A stretch of DNA of 63,944 nt, filler included, from Octopus bimaculoides (taxonomy: Eukaryota), in the NCBI RefSeq assembly GCF_001194135.2. It is 5 parts of 4 records of this genome, joined end to end, with 100 filler letters (N's around TTAATTAATTAA, not from the genome) between each part and the next. Parts side by side here need not be neighbours in the genome. Positions count along the whole stretch, not along the records: positions 46,891 to 61,370 come from NW_026314174.1; positions 61,471 to 62,820 come from NC_068981.1; positions 62,921 to 63,944 come from NC_068983.1; 2 more parts are not named here. One strand, written 5' to 3'. A model generated the notes under the pieces. The model was not told where the DNA came from, did no database searches, and saw nothing but the letters and a program-made list of their open reading frames with translations. Below, piece after piece: positions 52,323 to 63,944 of the stretch (positions are counted from its first letter, which is position 1; the number at the start of each line of letters is the position of its first letter). A program made the position numbers and the translations under genes.

Positions 52323-54256
52323 GTTAATTGCTGGCTCCATCGCTTAAGCGTTTAGATGTCATATATAAAAATTAAAATATGAAAATAAGTATAAATATGG
52401 GATTAATTCAATGCAGATATAGTTTTATTTCATTTGAAGCTTTACTTGAAACTCTTTATTACTTAACGTTTACTTCAAAACAATTGCTGCGGACGATGTG
52501 TTCGATTAAAATCCTTCAAGATGGTGCCCCAGCTTGGCGGCAGTCTAATGATTGATATAAGTAAAAGATAAAATATGCTGTGATGTCATATTGTTCGGAG
52601 TTCAGATTGTCTGTAGGTTGCGTGTATTTTATAGAATGGTTTTATTGCAACAATCTGTTCCCTGTAGTGATTGCCTCAGTTCAATTATTATTTGATAAGT
52701 AGGAGCTTAACAGGCACTCTCTGATACATGCCCAAGTAATTAATTCTCAGCTCTACACTGTGAGAGGTGGTGATGGGTGTAATGGCGGGGGTGCTGGTGG
52801 TGATTTGATCGTGGTGGTGGAGTGTGTAGCGGCGGTATTGATAGATGGTGCCTGTCGTTAGAAGAACGACTGGTTTACAGTCTTTGCGCTGTGTTTCTGT
52901 GATCGCTGAGCGAAGTCAATTTCCGATTGCATTAATCGGGATTCATAAGCTAAAACCAATTGAACTCATACCTGGTTAATATTAGCACATATACAAGCAA
53001 AATAGTTGTTTAATAGCTGAAAAGAATGTCAGGCGGCGCGCTGGCAGAAGCGTAAACACGCAGGACAAAATGCTTAGTCTTATTTCGCCCGTCTTTACTA
53101 TTTGAGTTCAAATTCCGCTGTGGTTGCATTTGTTTTTCATCCATTCGGGATTGATAAAAAAAAAGGTACTAGTTGAACATTAGGACCGAGGTTATCGACT
53201 TATCCCTTGCTCCTTAATTGCTGGCCTTGTGCCAAAATTTGAAATAATTTTCTTGGAAATAACTGAAGGTGATGCAATGGCAGAATCGTTAGCATGTTGG
53301 CCAAAATGCTTAACGGTATTTCACGTCTTTACGTCTTGAGTTCTAATTCCGCCGAGGTCGAATTTGTCTTTCATACTTTCAGGCGTTGATAAAATAAGTA
53401 CCAGTTACATACTGGTTCGATATAATTGACTTACCCTTTCCTCGAAATTGCTGGTCTTGTGTCAAAATTTGAAACCGATATCTTGGAAAGAATATCCTGA
53501 GTGTGACTTTAAACTACACCCAGCTTTGGTTTCGGAGTTCCTGGGATTTGAGAAATCTGGAACCAACTCTTTGCCACTATTCATCCCAGATCTACCCTGA
53601 CCCAGAGAATTGGCATTTGTCGGGGTCCCCGCTTTGGGTTAATTAGCATATCATGGAACTGCATCCTAAAGAAAGTATCAAACACCCTAACGAACTCCAT
53701 AAAATCCTGCATCCTAATAATTACTGGTACCGGGCCATTTGTTGCACCAGACTAATACAAGTTTGAATCATGAGGGAACGGAATTGGTTCATCATAAACC
53801 AAGCCCACTATAATAATAAACTCCTATATTGTTGGTTAATTTACTCAGCGTTAAAAATAGGCTAAGGTAATAAACCCCTACACAAAAATCTAGGTAAAAG
53901 AGACCCTAAGATGTGTACGGTTATATTTAATCAATATCTGCCGTCTCTTGCGGATCCATGGATGCTGTGAATGTATGACATGTCTTACCTCTGTGGTGTA
54001 TCCATGAGTGGAGAGGTGGTAAGTGTATTTGGGGCCAGAGACTTGCTTCTAAAAACATCTCAGGCTCAAAAATGGTTGTTTAAGTAACCGTCTCTGAGAT
54101 ACCATGAACCAACGACGAAAAAGTGGTTTTCAAACATATTTTGCCTGTAGACTCCTTTGAGTACTATTCTAATCTGATAAACTATGTTGTGTCTGAGAAG
54201 AGTTATTGTGTCTTAAGGCCTTATCTAATACACTCACGGGTTCGATTTCCACTAAT

Positions 54257-54626
54257 TTATTACCTCTGCCTTAGCGAAGGCGGAGGTATTATTTTCAGTC
54301 ATGTTTGTTTGTTTGTCGGGGGACACGATATCTCAAGAACCGCTGGATGGATTCGAATGAAACTTTCAGGGATGTTTGGCCTCGTGACTAGCACAAACTG
54401 ACTTGCTTTTGGGATCGATCCGGCACCGGACAAAGATTCTGGATTACTTTTCGTTTTTTTTTTTAAACTTAATTTTTGAGAGTAGTCGGGTTCATTTTTA
54501 GTATTCTCGTTTGTGAGAACAGTCGAGTTAATTTCAGATATTCTTATTTTTAAAATCGGCTCCGGCTAATCGTTGAGAGGACGTTGGTGTTACCTTGGTG
54601 GAGGTTTCCGCTTTATGAGTGCTCTT
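54257..54626 (+). mobile_element. Non-autonomous Helentron/DINE-1-like element (HINE), second copy
   Basis: Same family as 33639-33986 but with CpGs retained. Confidence 0.7.
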
Positions 54627-55307
54627 CGTATTTATAGCTTTGCTTCCAACATTTCCATTGTTTTTTGCAAACATACCAATGGATGTTGATTCTCTTAAAG
54701 ACTAGTTTTACAAATACTTCTTTCAAAATTCCTATTTTGTTTATCACACATTCATTAGAGAAAGAAACGTCGCTGTTTCTTACAATGAATTCATTTAAAG
54801 CAAAATTCTTCATGGATTATTAATGAACAACTGTGGACCCTTAATTTACTGTTTAATTACTATTCTATACCTGTGGAGCCCCATAACCATTCGATACTTA
54901 AAAACTAGTTTTACAGATGCTACTTTCAAAATTCCTATTTTGCTTATCACACATTCACTTGTATAGGTTGAACTATGTAAAAATATCCTTTTCTACTCTA
55001 GGCACAAGGCCCGAAATTTTGGGTAGGGGGCTAGTCGATTACATCGACCCCAGTACGCAACTGGTAATTAATTTATCGATCTCGAAAGGATGAAAGGCAA
55101 AATCGACCTCGGCGGAATTTGAACTCAGAACGACTGTGTAAAAATATTAGACAGGCGCGGGCGTGGCTGTGTGGTAAGAAGCTTGCTTCTCAACCACATG
55201 CTTCAGGGTCCAGTTCCACTGCGTGACATATTGTCTTCTACTATAGCCTCGGGCCGACCATAGCCTTGTGAGTGGATTTGGTAGACGGAAACAGTAAGAA
55301 GCCCGTC

Positions 55308-55339
<32 letters not shown>

Positions 55340-55450
55340 NNNNNNNNNNNNNNNNNNNNNNNNNNNNNNNNNNNNNNNNNNNNNNNNNNNNNNNNNNNNN
55401 NNNNNNNNNNNNNNNNATGTACGACGGGCTTCTTTCATATATATATTATA

Positions 55451-55482
<32 letters not shown>

Positions 55483-56149
55483 AGTATGCGTGTATGTATA
55501 TGTTTGTGTGTCTGTGTTTGTCACCCACCATCGCTTGACAACCGATGTTGGTGTGTTTATCTCCCAGTAACTTAGAGGTTCGGCAAAAAAAGACTGATAT
55601 ACTAAGCTCTGAGCGCGATTCGTTCGACTAAAAGCGGTGCTCCAGGTTGGCCGCAGTCAAATCATTGAAACAAGTCAAAGTGTAAAAGTCTCTTGCGATG
55701 AAGAATACAATCTGAAGCAAACCCTTTTCAGGGATACTTAATGAACTGCTACTGATCACCAAAGCATTGCATGCACCACCAGGGTTTACATGGACCCTGG
55801 TTGAGAACCACTGATGTAAGTAGATAGTTTCTTGTCTCAAAGTTTATGTCTTGTCGTCTAAAAGAACCCGTCACGTGTTAAATTGTCGTCGATTCGCCTC
55901 CATTGTCTGAATGTTTCTTTTCCTGGTTCTGGCTTGTTCTATTTGTGTTGATGATGATGGTGGCTGTGGTTGTGATTGCGGTCGGTTTGTATACGAGTTG
56001 TGTGTCAGTCCTGATCGCTGGTTGAGTGGTTGTGAGCTGAAGATATGAGATTGCGAACACATGTTAATGGTTTTTGGTATCTGGGCTGTGAACTACGGCA
56101 GTGGGGACGCTAGCGGAAGCCATTTCATTACGTTTTATACCTTTATGAG

Positions 56150-56193
56150 GACGGTGACGACAACGACGAGGACGACAACGAAAGCGACAATGG

Positions 56194-56248
<55 letters not shown>

Positions 56249-56279
56249 AACGGGGATGACAACGACCACGGCTGCAATA

Positions 56280-56340
<61 letters not shown>

Positions 56341-56560
56341 CTGTCATCATGATTATTGCGATGCTGATAATGAAGACGGCATCGTTCAAGATAATAAAAT
56401 GATGGGGATGATGATGATGATGATGATGATGATGTTGAGGATGGTGGTGGTGGTGTTGTTGTTGCTGTTGTTGACGTTGTTGTTGTTGTTGTTGTTGTTG
56501 TTGTTGCTGTGGTTGTTGTTGTTGGAGGTGGTAGTGCTGGAGGTGGTGGCGACGGCGGCG
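56150..56560. repeat. (GAT)n/(GTT)n trinucleotide tract
   Basis: Direct inspection. Confidence 0.9.
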
Positions 56561-56599
56561 CTGCATATTTATGCATTAGAATCGGTGCTTAGTGGTGTC

Positions 56600-56963
56600 A
56601 GATATTGCGTGCATGTATGTATGTATGTATGTATGTATGTATGCATGCATGCATGTATGTATGCATGAATGTATGTATGTATATGTGTCTGTGTCTCTTT
56701 GTGCGCGTGCATGTGTGCATGCGAATAGGCAGCATCGAATTTAACATCGATAGATGCTAGCGGCTATAAATTAAACGATTGAACTCGATCACATGCAATA
56801 TGCAATTTACAACTGCACAAATGCATCATTCGTCCCATTTTCTGCACACGGCAGTTTGATATTAACAGAAAAAGCACAGTCTTCACATATGAGTGTGCAA
56901 AATACAACCACACACGCACGCATACACACACACGCGCGCACGCACGCACCCACACATACATAC

Positions 56964-57029
<66 letters not shown>

Positions 57030-57480
57030 ACATGCTTGTACACATATGTACTAACGCTTGTATATCTCTGTCATGTTTATACGCCCTTCATATATACATA
57101 CACGTATATATATGCATATATATATATACACACACACACACATATATATATACACATATATATGTATATATATATATGTATATATATATATGCATACATA
57201 TATAAACATATGTGTTTGTATGTGTGTTTGTCTATATTTGCATATACGTACATACGTACACACACACACACGTATACATGTATGCATGTTCGTATATATA
57301 TATATATATATATATATATGCATATATATGCATATATGTGTATATGTATATATATATACATGCATATATATAGATATATGCATATATGTATATATGTATT
57401 TATAAGCACTCACACATACGTGCGCACGCGCACACACGCACACGCGCACACATATATACACGCACGCACACACAACATAC
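56600..57480. repeat. (TA)/(CA)/(TATG) microsatellite field
   Basis: Direct inspection. Confidence 0.9.
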
Positions 57481-58264
57481 TAGTATACTGTTTAGAAAAA
57501 AATGGCCGCTATTTCAATCGGATTCTTTAAATGTTTAAATGGATTCTCTGCTTCTCCGTATAATTATAAAATTTCAACATCCCTCTGATTTCTATCTTGG
57601 TTTATTCTGTTTAATCTACCACTATTTCCACACCCACTGTATCACGACTCTGTGGAATATGCGGTGGTTATGGATGCGAGATCAAATGGAAGCTAGTTTA
57701 TTATAACCTTTATATATTTATTTATTTATTGCATTTTGTTTTTGTTTGTAATCTTCTTTATTTGATTTGAGAATTATAGCATTTAGTTCTAAGTTCATTA
57801 ACAAATATAAAAAAAAGAATATGGTATATAGGAAGAACAAAAGAAAGTTTCCTATTTGAGAAAAAAGAAAAACGTTAAATAACAACAAAGAATTGCTGAA
57901 CAAACTCCAACCGATTTCATGTTAGATTATCAGTCACTCAATCTCTCTCTCTCACTCTGTGTGCCTTTCTCTGTGTCTCTGTCTATTTCTCTCTCTGTTT
58001 CTCTGTCTATTTCTCTCTCTGTTTCTCTTCCCCTCTCTCTGTCTTTGTCTCTGACTCTCTCTCTCTCTAACACACACACATACGCACAAACATAAACACA
58101 CATACACTACACGCACAAACATCATTTACCGTGTAAGGTTATAAGGTTATAAAGAGCTTGTGATGCTAAAAATGGTATGTAAGAATTAAAAAAACAAATA
58201 AGCAAAAAAGCATAAGTCGACGAACGTTACGTTTTATATCATCATCCTCATCGTCATCGTCGTG

Positions 58265-59110
58265 TTTTTTTTTCTTCTTCTTCTTCTTCTTCTTCTTCCT
58301 CCTCCTCCTCCCCCTTCTTCTTCTTCTTCTTCTTCTTCTCCTCCTCCTCCTTCCCCTCGTCTTCCTCCTCCTCCTCCTCCTCCTCCTCCTCCTTCTTCTT
58401 CTTCTTCTTCTTCTTCTTCTTCTCCTCCTCCTTCTTCTTCTTCTTCTTCTTCTTCTTCTCCTCCTCCCCTTCTTCTTCTTCTTCTTCTTCTNNNNNNNNN
58501 NNNNNNNNNNNNNNNNNNNNNNNNNNNNNNNNNNNNNNNNNNNNNNNNNNNNNNNNNNNNNNNNNNNNNNNNNNNNNNNNNNNNNNNNNNNNNNNNNNNN
58601 NNNNNNNNNNNNNNNNNNNNNNNNNNNNNNNNNNNNNNNNNNNNNNNNNNNNNNNNNNNNNNNNNNNNNNNNNNNNNNNNNNNNNNNNNNNNNNNNNNNN
58701 NNNNNNNNNNNNNNNNNNNNNNNNNNNNNNNNNNNNNNNNNNNNNNNNNNNNNNNNNNNNNNNNNNNNNNNNNNNNNNNNNNNNNNNNNNNNNNNNNNNN
58801 NNNNNNNNNNNNNNNNNNNNNNNNNNNNNNNNNNNNNNNNNNNNNNNNNNNNNNNNNNNNNNNNNNNNNNNNNNNNNNNNNNNNNNNNNNNNNNNNNNNN
58901 NNNNNNNNNNNNNNNNNNNNNNNNNNNNNNNNNNNNNNNNNNNNNNNNNNNNNNNNNNNNNNNNNNNNNNNNNNNNNNNNCCCCCCTCCCCGCCCCACCT
59001 CCTTCTTCTTCTCTCCTCCTCCTCCTCCTCCTCTCCTTCTTATCCTTCTTCACCATCTCTTCATTCCTTTTCTTCTCTACCTCCGCCTTCTCTACCTCCT
59101 CCTTCCTCTC
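58265..59110. repeat. (CTT/CCT)n polypyrimidine tract spanning a gap
   Basis: Direct inspection. Confidence 0.9.
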
Positions 59111-59559
59111 TCTTTAAATTCAAGGCTTGTGCTTCTATTAGCAGTTACCATTTAAGGGAGGAGTTGAAGGTTGAGGGTTGAATAGACATCAGTAGCATCG
59201 TAAGAGCGTCGAACAAAATGCTTTATGGAATTTGTGCTTACTTTTTGCATTTCAAGTTCAAATCCCATCGAGGTATGTTTGCGTCCCTGTAACTTAGCAG
59301 TTCAGCAAAAAGAGACTGGTATAATAAGTAACAGGCTTAAAAAATACAAGTACTGGGGCTGATTTATTCGACTAAAAATTCTCCAAGATTGAACACCTTG
59401 CACCTTGATTGTAGTCAGGTACTAACACCTCTGGAATCGAATGATGCGATCGATGGAATTTTCACGTTGGCGTTCTGTAGAGGACTAATAAGGCGGAAAA
59501 GTAATGACTCTCTCGGGGAAGCTCGAAGCATCGAGGAGAAACAACTGTATAGACTTTTC

Positions 59560-59705
59560 TATATTCAAGAGATGAGGAATTATGTACGTTATTTACATTA
59601 TTTACATTTGATGGATGTTTGTCCTCGGGCATATGGCGTAGTAGTTAAGAGCGCGGGCTACTAACACCAAGATTCCGAGTTCGATTCCAGGCAGTGACCT
59701 TAATG

Positions 59706-59780
<75 letters not shown>

Positions 59781-59931
59781 GCAACAACATCGAAAAATAC
59801 CTTAGGAGAACCCAGGTTCGAAATTAGCCCAAGACATCTGATGAAGGCTGGGGTGTATATCAGCCGAAACGTTGTGTTAACAACAAAGAAGATGAGGACA
59901 AATATCTGTCGAATGTAAATAATGTAAATAA
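59560..59931 (+). mobile_element. Composite tRNA-headed short element with (AAT)n, hammerhead motif and inverted terminal repeat; 13-bp TSD
   Basis: TSD gtatagacttttc (59547-59 / 59932-44). A-box TGGCGTAGTAG and B-box GAGTTCGATTCC at 59627-59700. Hammerhead-like motif 59833-59878. IR 59589-59626 vs 59894-59931. Confidence 0.8.
59833..59878 (+). ncRNA. Candidate minimal type I hammerhead ribozyme (Penelope-type)
   Basis: GACAU-CUGAUGA-A-GGCUG(10-nt loop)CAGCC-GAAA-CGUU-GUGUU. Confidence 0.5.
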
Positions 59932-60849
59932 GTATAGACTTTTCCGGAGGCTTTTCAGCCTAAGGACTATCTAAGTTTCCAGTAATTCCTCGGTTTGGAG
60001 GCAATGCAAGATGGGCTTTACCGGTTGGAGATGAAAGTGCCGCCAACGGGATTTATTTGCAAATGCGTGCAAAACGGTGAGATTGTTCTGCACTCAACCT
60101 TTCAGCGTCTAAATAATTACTGAGTTTTGGAGTTATATTGAAGAGCTGTTGTCACGCGTAAGAAGAATCTGGCCACTGGTCAAGACTATCGTGAAGGTTA
60201 CCGAGCCGCGTTTTTATGGTCAGAAAAGGCTGGCAGTTTTCCTCTTCCTAGTGACTATGATGAATGAGGCTATGTTGGGAACAAGACTCAAAAACCCGAA
60301 GAAATTATAACTTTCCGCTGCTTTTCTAGCTGTTTGAGCATTGTGCTCTGTGTGCCTCACTTCTTACAAGAACAATTTTTACCTTTGTGTTGTACAATCT
60401 CTTATTCTCTCAATATTCTTGGAATCCATTCTACTATCATATGGTATTTCAAACACAATGATCTGGAAACCCCGTATTACAGTTCCCTATGCGAGACTCT
60501 GACTCGTGTTCAAGCTTTCCCATTACTTTAAACTAGAAATTGCTTACAATTGCAATGATATTCCTTTAACAATGCAATGCAATGCATCTGCAGTTATACC
60601 CAACATCTATTTTTGCCATCTTACGGCATTCGCTTAAATGATAGTTAATACGTTTCTCCGCTTTTCCACACATTTTACGTTTGCTGTCTGACTGAATTCT
60701 ATCAGTCCTTTTTCTTTACGAAATAATTTTTTACTGCTGAAAATCGTCCCTCAACTATTATGATTGGTGATTCCGTTTCTCTTTCAGATATTCATTTCTC
60801 ACACGGCATTCTTCACTTACAATATCAACGGTTTGTTGCATGAATTGGC

Positions 60850-61230
60850 TGTTTAGCTATTCCTTTTCCCACCTACTTGTCGTTCATTTTATACTCGAAA
60901 TCTTTTTAATGTTTCAGTGATTCTTATGTATTTCCAAACGCAGATAGTAATATTCCTTCACTGTGCACAACATTGCTTTTCAAATGCAGTCGTCTGTATT
61001 GAACACAATTCTACTCCAGTTCTTTCTTGATAAACAAACCCTGCCGATACTATTTTCATGGCATTGTGCGATATGCTTTCCCAGCAGCTTCCTAACCCTT
61101 CTATCTAATTCATATCCTTCTGAATTTGTCCGGAAAGAAACAAAAATAGGAACAGAACCTCTCAACGAATGCATGGTCCATATTTTTATCACTTTAAAGA
61201 CAGTTTTGCTTTTGGCAGCTTCCTAAGCAT
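60850..61230 (-). mobile_element. Decayed RLE-type (R4/HERO-like) LINE fragment
   Basis: ELDRRVRKLLGKHIAQCHENSIGRVCLSRKNWSR resembles LDRKTRKLLTMH...HPKSDVDRLYLPRKEGGRG. Confidence 0.5.
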
Positions 61231-61470
61231 GTTTTGTATTCAGCAGTGGAAGAATTCACCTTCTCATTTTCATTTTCATTTACTTTATCATTTTATTATT
61301 ACTGTAGTTATCATTGCCCTGATTCTTGCTACTTTCATGTATAGGTAGGAAGGTATATATATATATATATNNNNNNNNNNNNNNNNNNNNNNNNNNNNNN
61401 NNNNNNNNNNNNNNTTAATTAATTAANNNNNNNNNNNNNNNNNNNNNNNNNNNNNNNNNNNNNNNNNNNN

Positions 61471-61506
<36 letters not shown>

Positions 61507-62396
61507 TACATAAATATATATATACATATATATATATATACATGCATACATATATACATACATGCATATATATATATATATATATACATACATACATATA
61601 TATGTGCATATATATATATGTATATATATATATACACACACATATATATGTATGTATATATATATATATACACACATATATATGTATGTATATATATATA
61701 TATGCACACACACATATTCACACACACACACACACACACACATATAAGTTTATACATGTGTGTGCGTGTGTGAGACAGAGAGAGGGAGAGAGAGGGGGGA
61801 GAGCAAGAATAATCTTTCGTGCATCATACTTAACATTAATATATCATTATAGGCAAATTTATTGCCGCACTCGTCCGCTCATAATATCTGTTATGGACGA
61901 GCTGTGTTTAAAAACAAAATATATATCGGAAGGAGACGCATATCATCTGAAGAATGTTGAATGAGAACGTAAGATTCAGTTCACCTTCGTTGGGCGTTTT
62001 CTGTAGCCTATACTCACAGGTAACCGCATGCATAAACGAAATTTATCACCACCGATATTGGATAACAATAATTAGAGTATTTTCTTATTGATCGGCGCGC
62101 AGACGAACAGACGGAGAGACAGACAGACTAGACATCGTTGGATTGAATTTGTAAAACCGGAAAGAAATGGATCGACTCGAACTGTACTCTGATTGCAGTG
62201 CAACCACTCTGTATTTTAAATGGCTATAAGGAAACAATAAGAGTCCCATAACTTGGCTGCAAAGTAATGCAACGCTCTAACTAGTTTCAACTTGAGAGTT
62301 TCAGCCATGCTGGTGCATTGCCGGTTGATCGACTTTCATCATGATGAGATAAGATATAATACTTATATTTCAGGGAACGAATGTGCATATGTATGC

Positions 62397-62436
<40 letters not shown>

Positions 62437-62782
62437 ACAAGGGAGATAACTTGTAAGTGTATACAAATTAGTGTTTATGAAGCTTTAAGGTGTTTACTTC
62501 TTATTTCTAGCAACACAGTTGCTATTTCGCACCCTCCATCACGGTTAGTGATGATTAAATATGGTTTTATATTGTGTTTATCTTCTTGTATTATTCAATG
62601 AAACTCCTACTAAGTCTGATTTTCACGTTTTATTATTTTCAATTTTTATAATTTTACAAAGCTGAAATACTTTCAAGTGGGTGAACTGGCTGAAACGTTA
62701 GCAACGCCGGGAGAAATGCTTAGCGTTATTTCGTCTGTCTTTACGCTCTCGGTTCAAATTCCGTCGAGGTGTGTGTGTGTGT

Positions 62783-62820
<38 letters not shown>

Positions 62821-62920
62821 NNNNNNNNNNNNNNNNNNNNNNNNNNNNNNNNNNNNNNNNNNNNTTAATTAATTAANNNNNNNNNNNNNNNNNNNNNNNN
62901 NNNNNNNNNNNNNNNNNNNN

Positions 62921-63490
62921 GATGCAGTACCAGGCAGTGGCTCTCATGGCTTCTGATCTTAATTGATTGGAAGTGTTATCACGTACATTGTTTTGTCTTG
63001 GTATAAAAAGATGGGCTACAGCAAATATTCTGCTTACTACCACAGATTTGCTTGTCAGTTGTTTGACCTTAAACCAGTTGAGCATGTCCCTTGGTGGCTG
63101 ACGATATGTGCATCTATGATCATGAGCAGAAGTAGTGGGGGAGCATCATAGCCATGTGCTGAGAGGTATTCTTTGGGGTTTGCATAATTCACCTTTGGAA
63201 ACATGGGTGTTTTGCTCAACATCCTTAAACAACCCTTATTCAGGGACCATTTGAATGAGATAGGCTACTTGACCTGAAGGAAATTCTAACTGGGTCCCAC
63301 CTACAAGGTCATGCGCTGTTTGTCTTGATATGAGATCACCATGTCGCGCACATATAGTTATATTGTATGTGCCTGGTGTACCCTTATCAGACGGGTAGTC
63401 ATGATGGGTATATTGGGCTTCGTATATTTGTACCCCAGTGTCACTTTGATGGCATGCGCTGCTCTCTCGCTCTATAATAATAATAATGAT
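62921..63490 (+). repeat. Interspersed repeat 3' portion ending in (AAT)n, family unassigned
   Basis: Non-coding block ending ...ctgctctctcgctct(ata)ataataat, tail-to-tail with the LINE at 63495. Repeat status rests on the tail and on my recollection of similar octopus sequence. Confidence 0.4.
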
Positions 63491-63494
63491 ATTA

Positions 63495-63944
63495 TTATTG
63501 CCTTTGCACAGCTTCTAACGCTGAAGTTGTACTACAGTGTCAGCTGTTCACTACCAGTGAACTAAGGTAACACCTCTTATTTTTCGAGCACCTTCCGGAG
63601 TGTTCGAGCGGTTCCTAGCAGTGCTGTTTTCTGCAAGTGCTCCACCTTTATTGCAGCCCGTATTTGTTCCACGTACTTCTCGAGATTTTTGCTCACTGTT
63701 CCCAGGGCTCCGACAATTATTGGTAATACTGCTACTTTTTTCATCGACCACAACTACTTAACTTCTCAAGCTAACCTGTCATATCTCTCGACTTTTCTTT
63801 CTTCCTAATCGCATACAATGTTGTCAGCTGGGCATGCTATACCTGTAATAATAATAGGTAATATCTAACGCTTTATACTCCTCCTACTCTCTCCATTCTG
63901 AATGAGAAAGTTGCTTAAAGTTTGACCAAAGGGGAAAAATCTGT
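63495..63944 (-). mobile_element. RLE-type (R4/HERO-like) non-LTR retrotransposon 3' end
   Basis: KVERYDRLA*EVK*LWSMKKVAVLPIIVGALGTVSKNLEKYVEQI...HLQKTALLGTARTLRKVLE, followed by a short UTR and AAT tail. Confidence 0.9.

Larger units (their letters stand above)
59440..60330 (+). mobile_element. Decayed L1/Tx1-clade LINE 3' fragment, interrupted by the 59560-59931 insertion
   Basis: ICKCVQNGEIVLHSTFQ resembles the CCHC knuckle, followed by FWSYIEELLSRVRRI...VFLFLVTMMNEAMLGTRLK. Confidence 0.5.

Noticed and set aside
54680-54960. ~65-bp direct repeat at ~210-bp spacing
   Set aside because: A small, old local duplication with no recognisable structure or coding content.
55870-56670. Poly-Q/H/M/T ORFs resembling transcription-factor low-complexity regions
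   Set aside because: They are translations of trinucleotide microsatellites in several frames, with no domain and no splice support.
59627-59700. tRNA gene
   Set aside because: The acceptor stem does not close, the anticodon stem is broken, and it is embedded in a TSD-flanked element, so it is a SINE head.

Overview
AT-rich, microsatellite- and transposon-dense animal genomic DNA with many assembly gaps. The style (huge introns, abundant tRNA-derived SINEs) is most consistent with an octopus/coleoid cephalopod; this is inference. Three + strand exons (3794-3842, 14107-14237, 19905-19997) splice in frame into the GAF-B region of a PDE10A-like cyclic nucleotide phosphodiesterase. No further exon was recognised, so the remaining ~44 kb appears to be one very large intron. 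On the opposite strand of that intron lies an intact, intronless, strongly diverged hnRNP A1/A2-like two-RRM gene (23716-24648) whose Gly/RGG tail is replaced by a Pro/Tyr/Ser/Gln/Asn-rich tail; it is a likely functional nested retrogene. The rest is TE-derived: RTE LINEs, RLE-type (R4/HERO-like) LINEs, a Tx1/L1 fragment, a full-length mariner, a pogo/Tc2 deletion derivative, piggyBac-like and other MITEs, Helentron/Helitron derivatives, a Gypsy integrase fragment and at least three SINE families. Several small elements carry Penelope-type minimal hammerhead ribozyme motifs. One of them is a TSD-flanked element combining a tRNA-like Pol III head, a hammerhead and inverted terminal repeats (59560-59931). 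Most ORFs in the track are microsatellite or N-gap artefacts.
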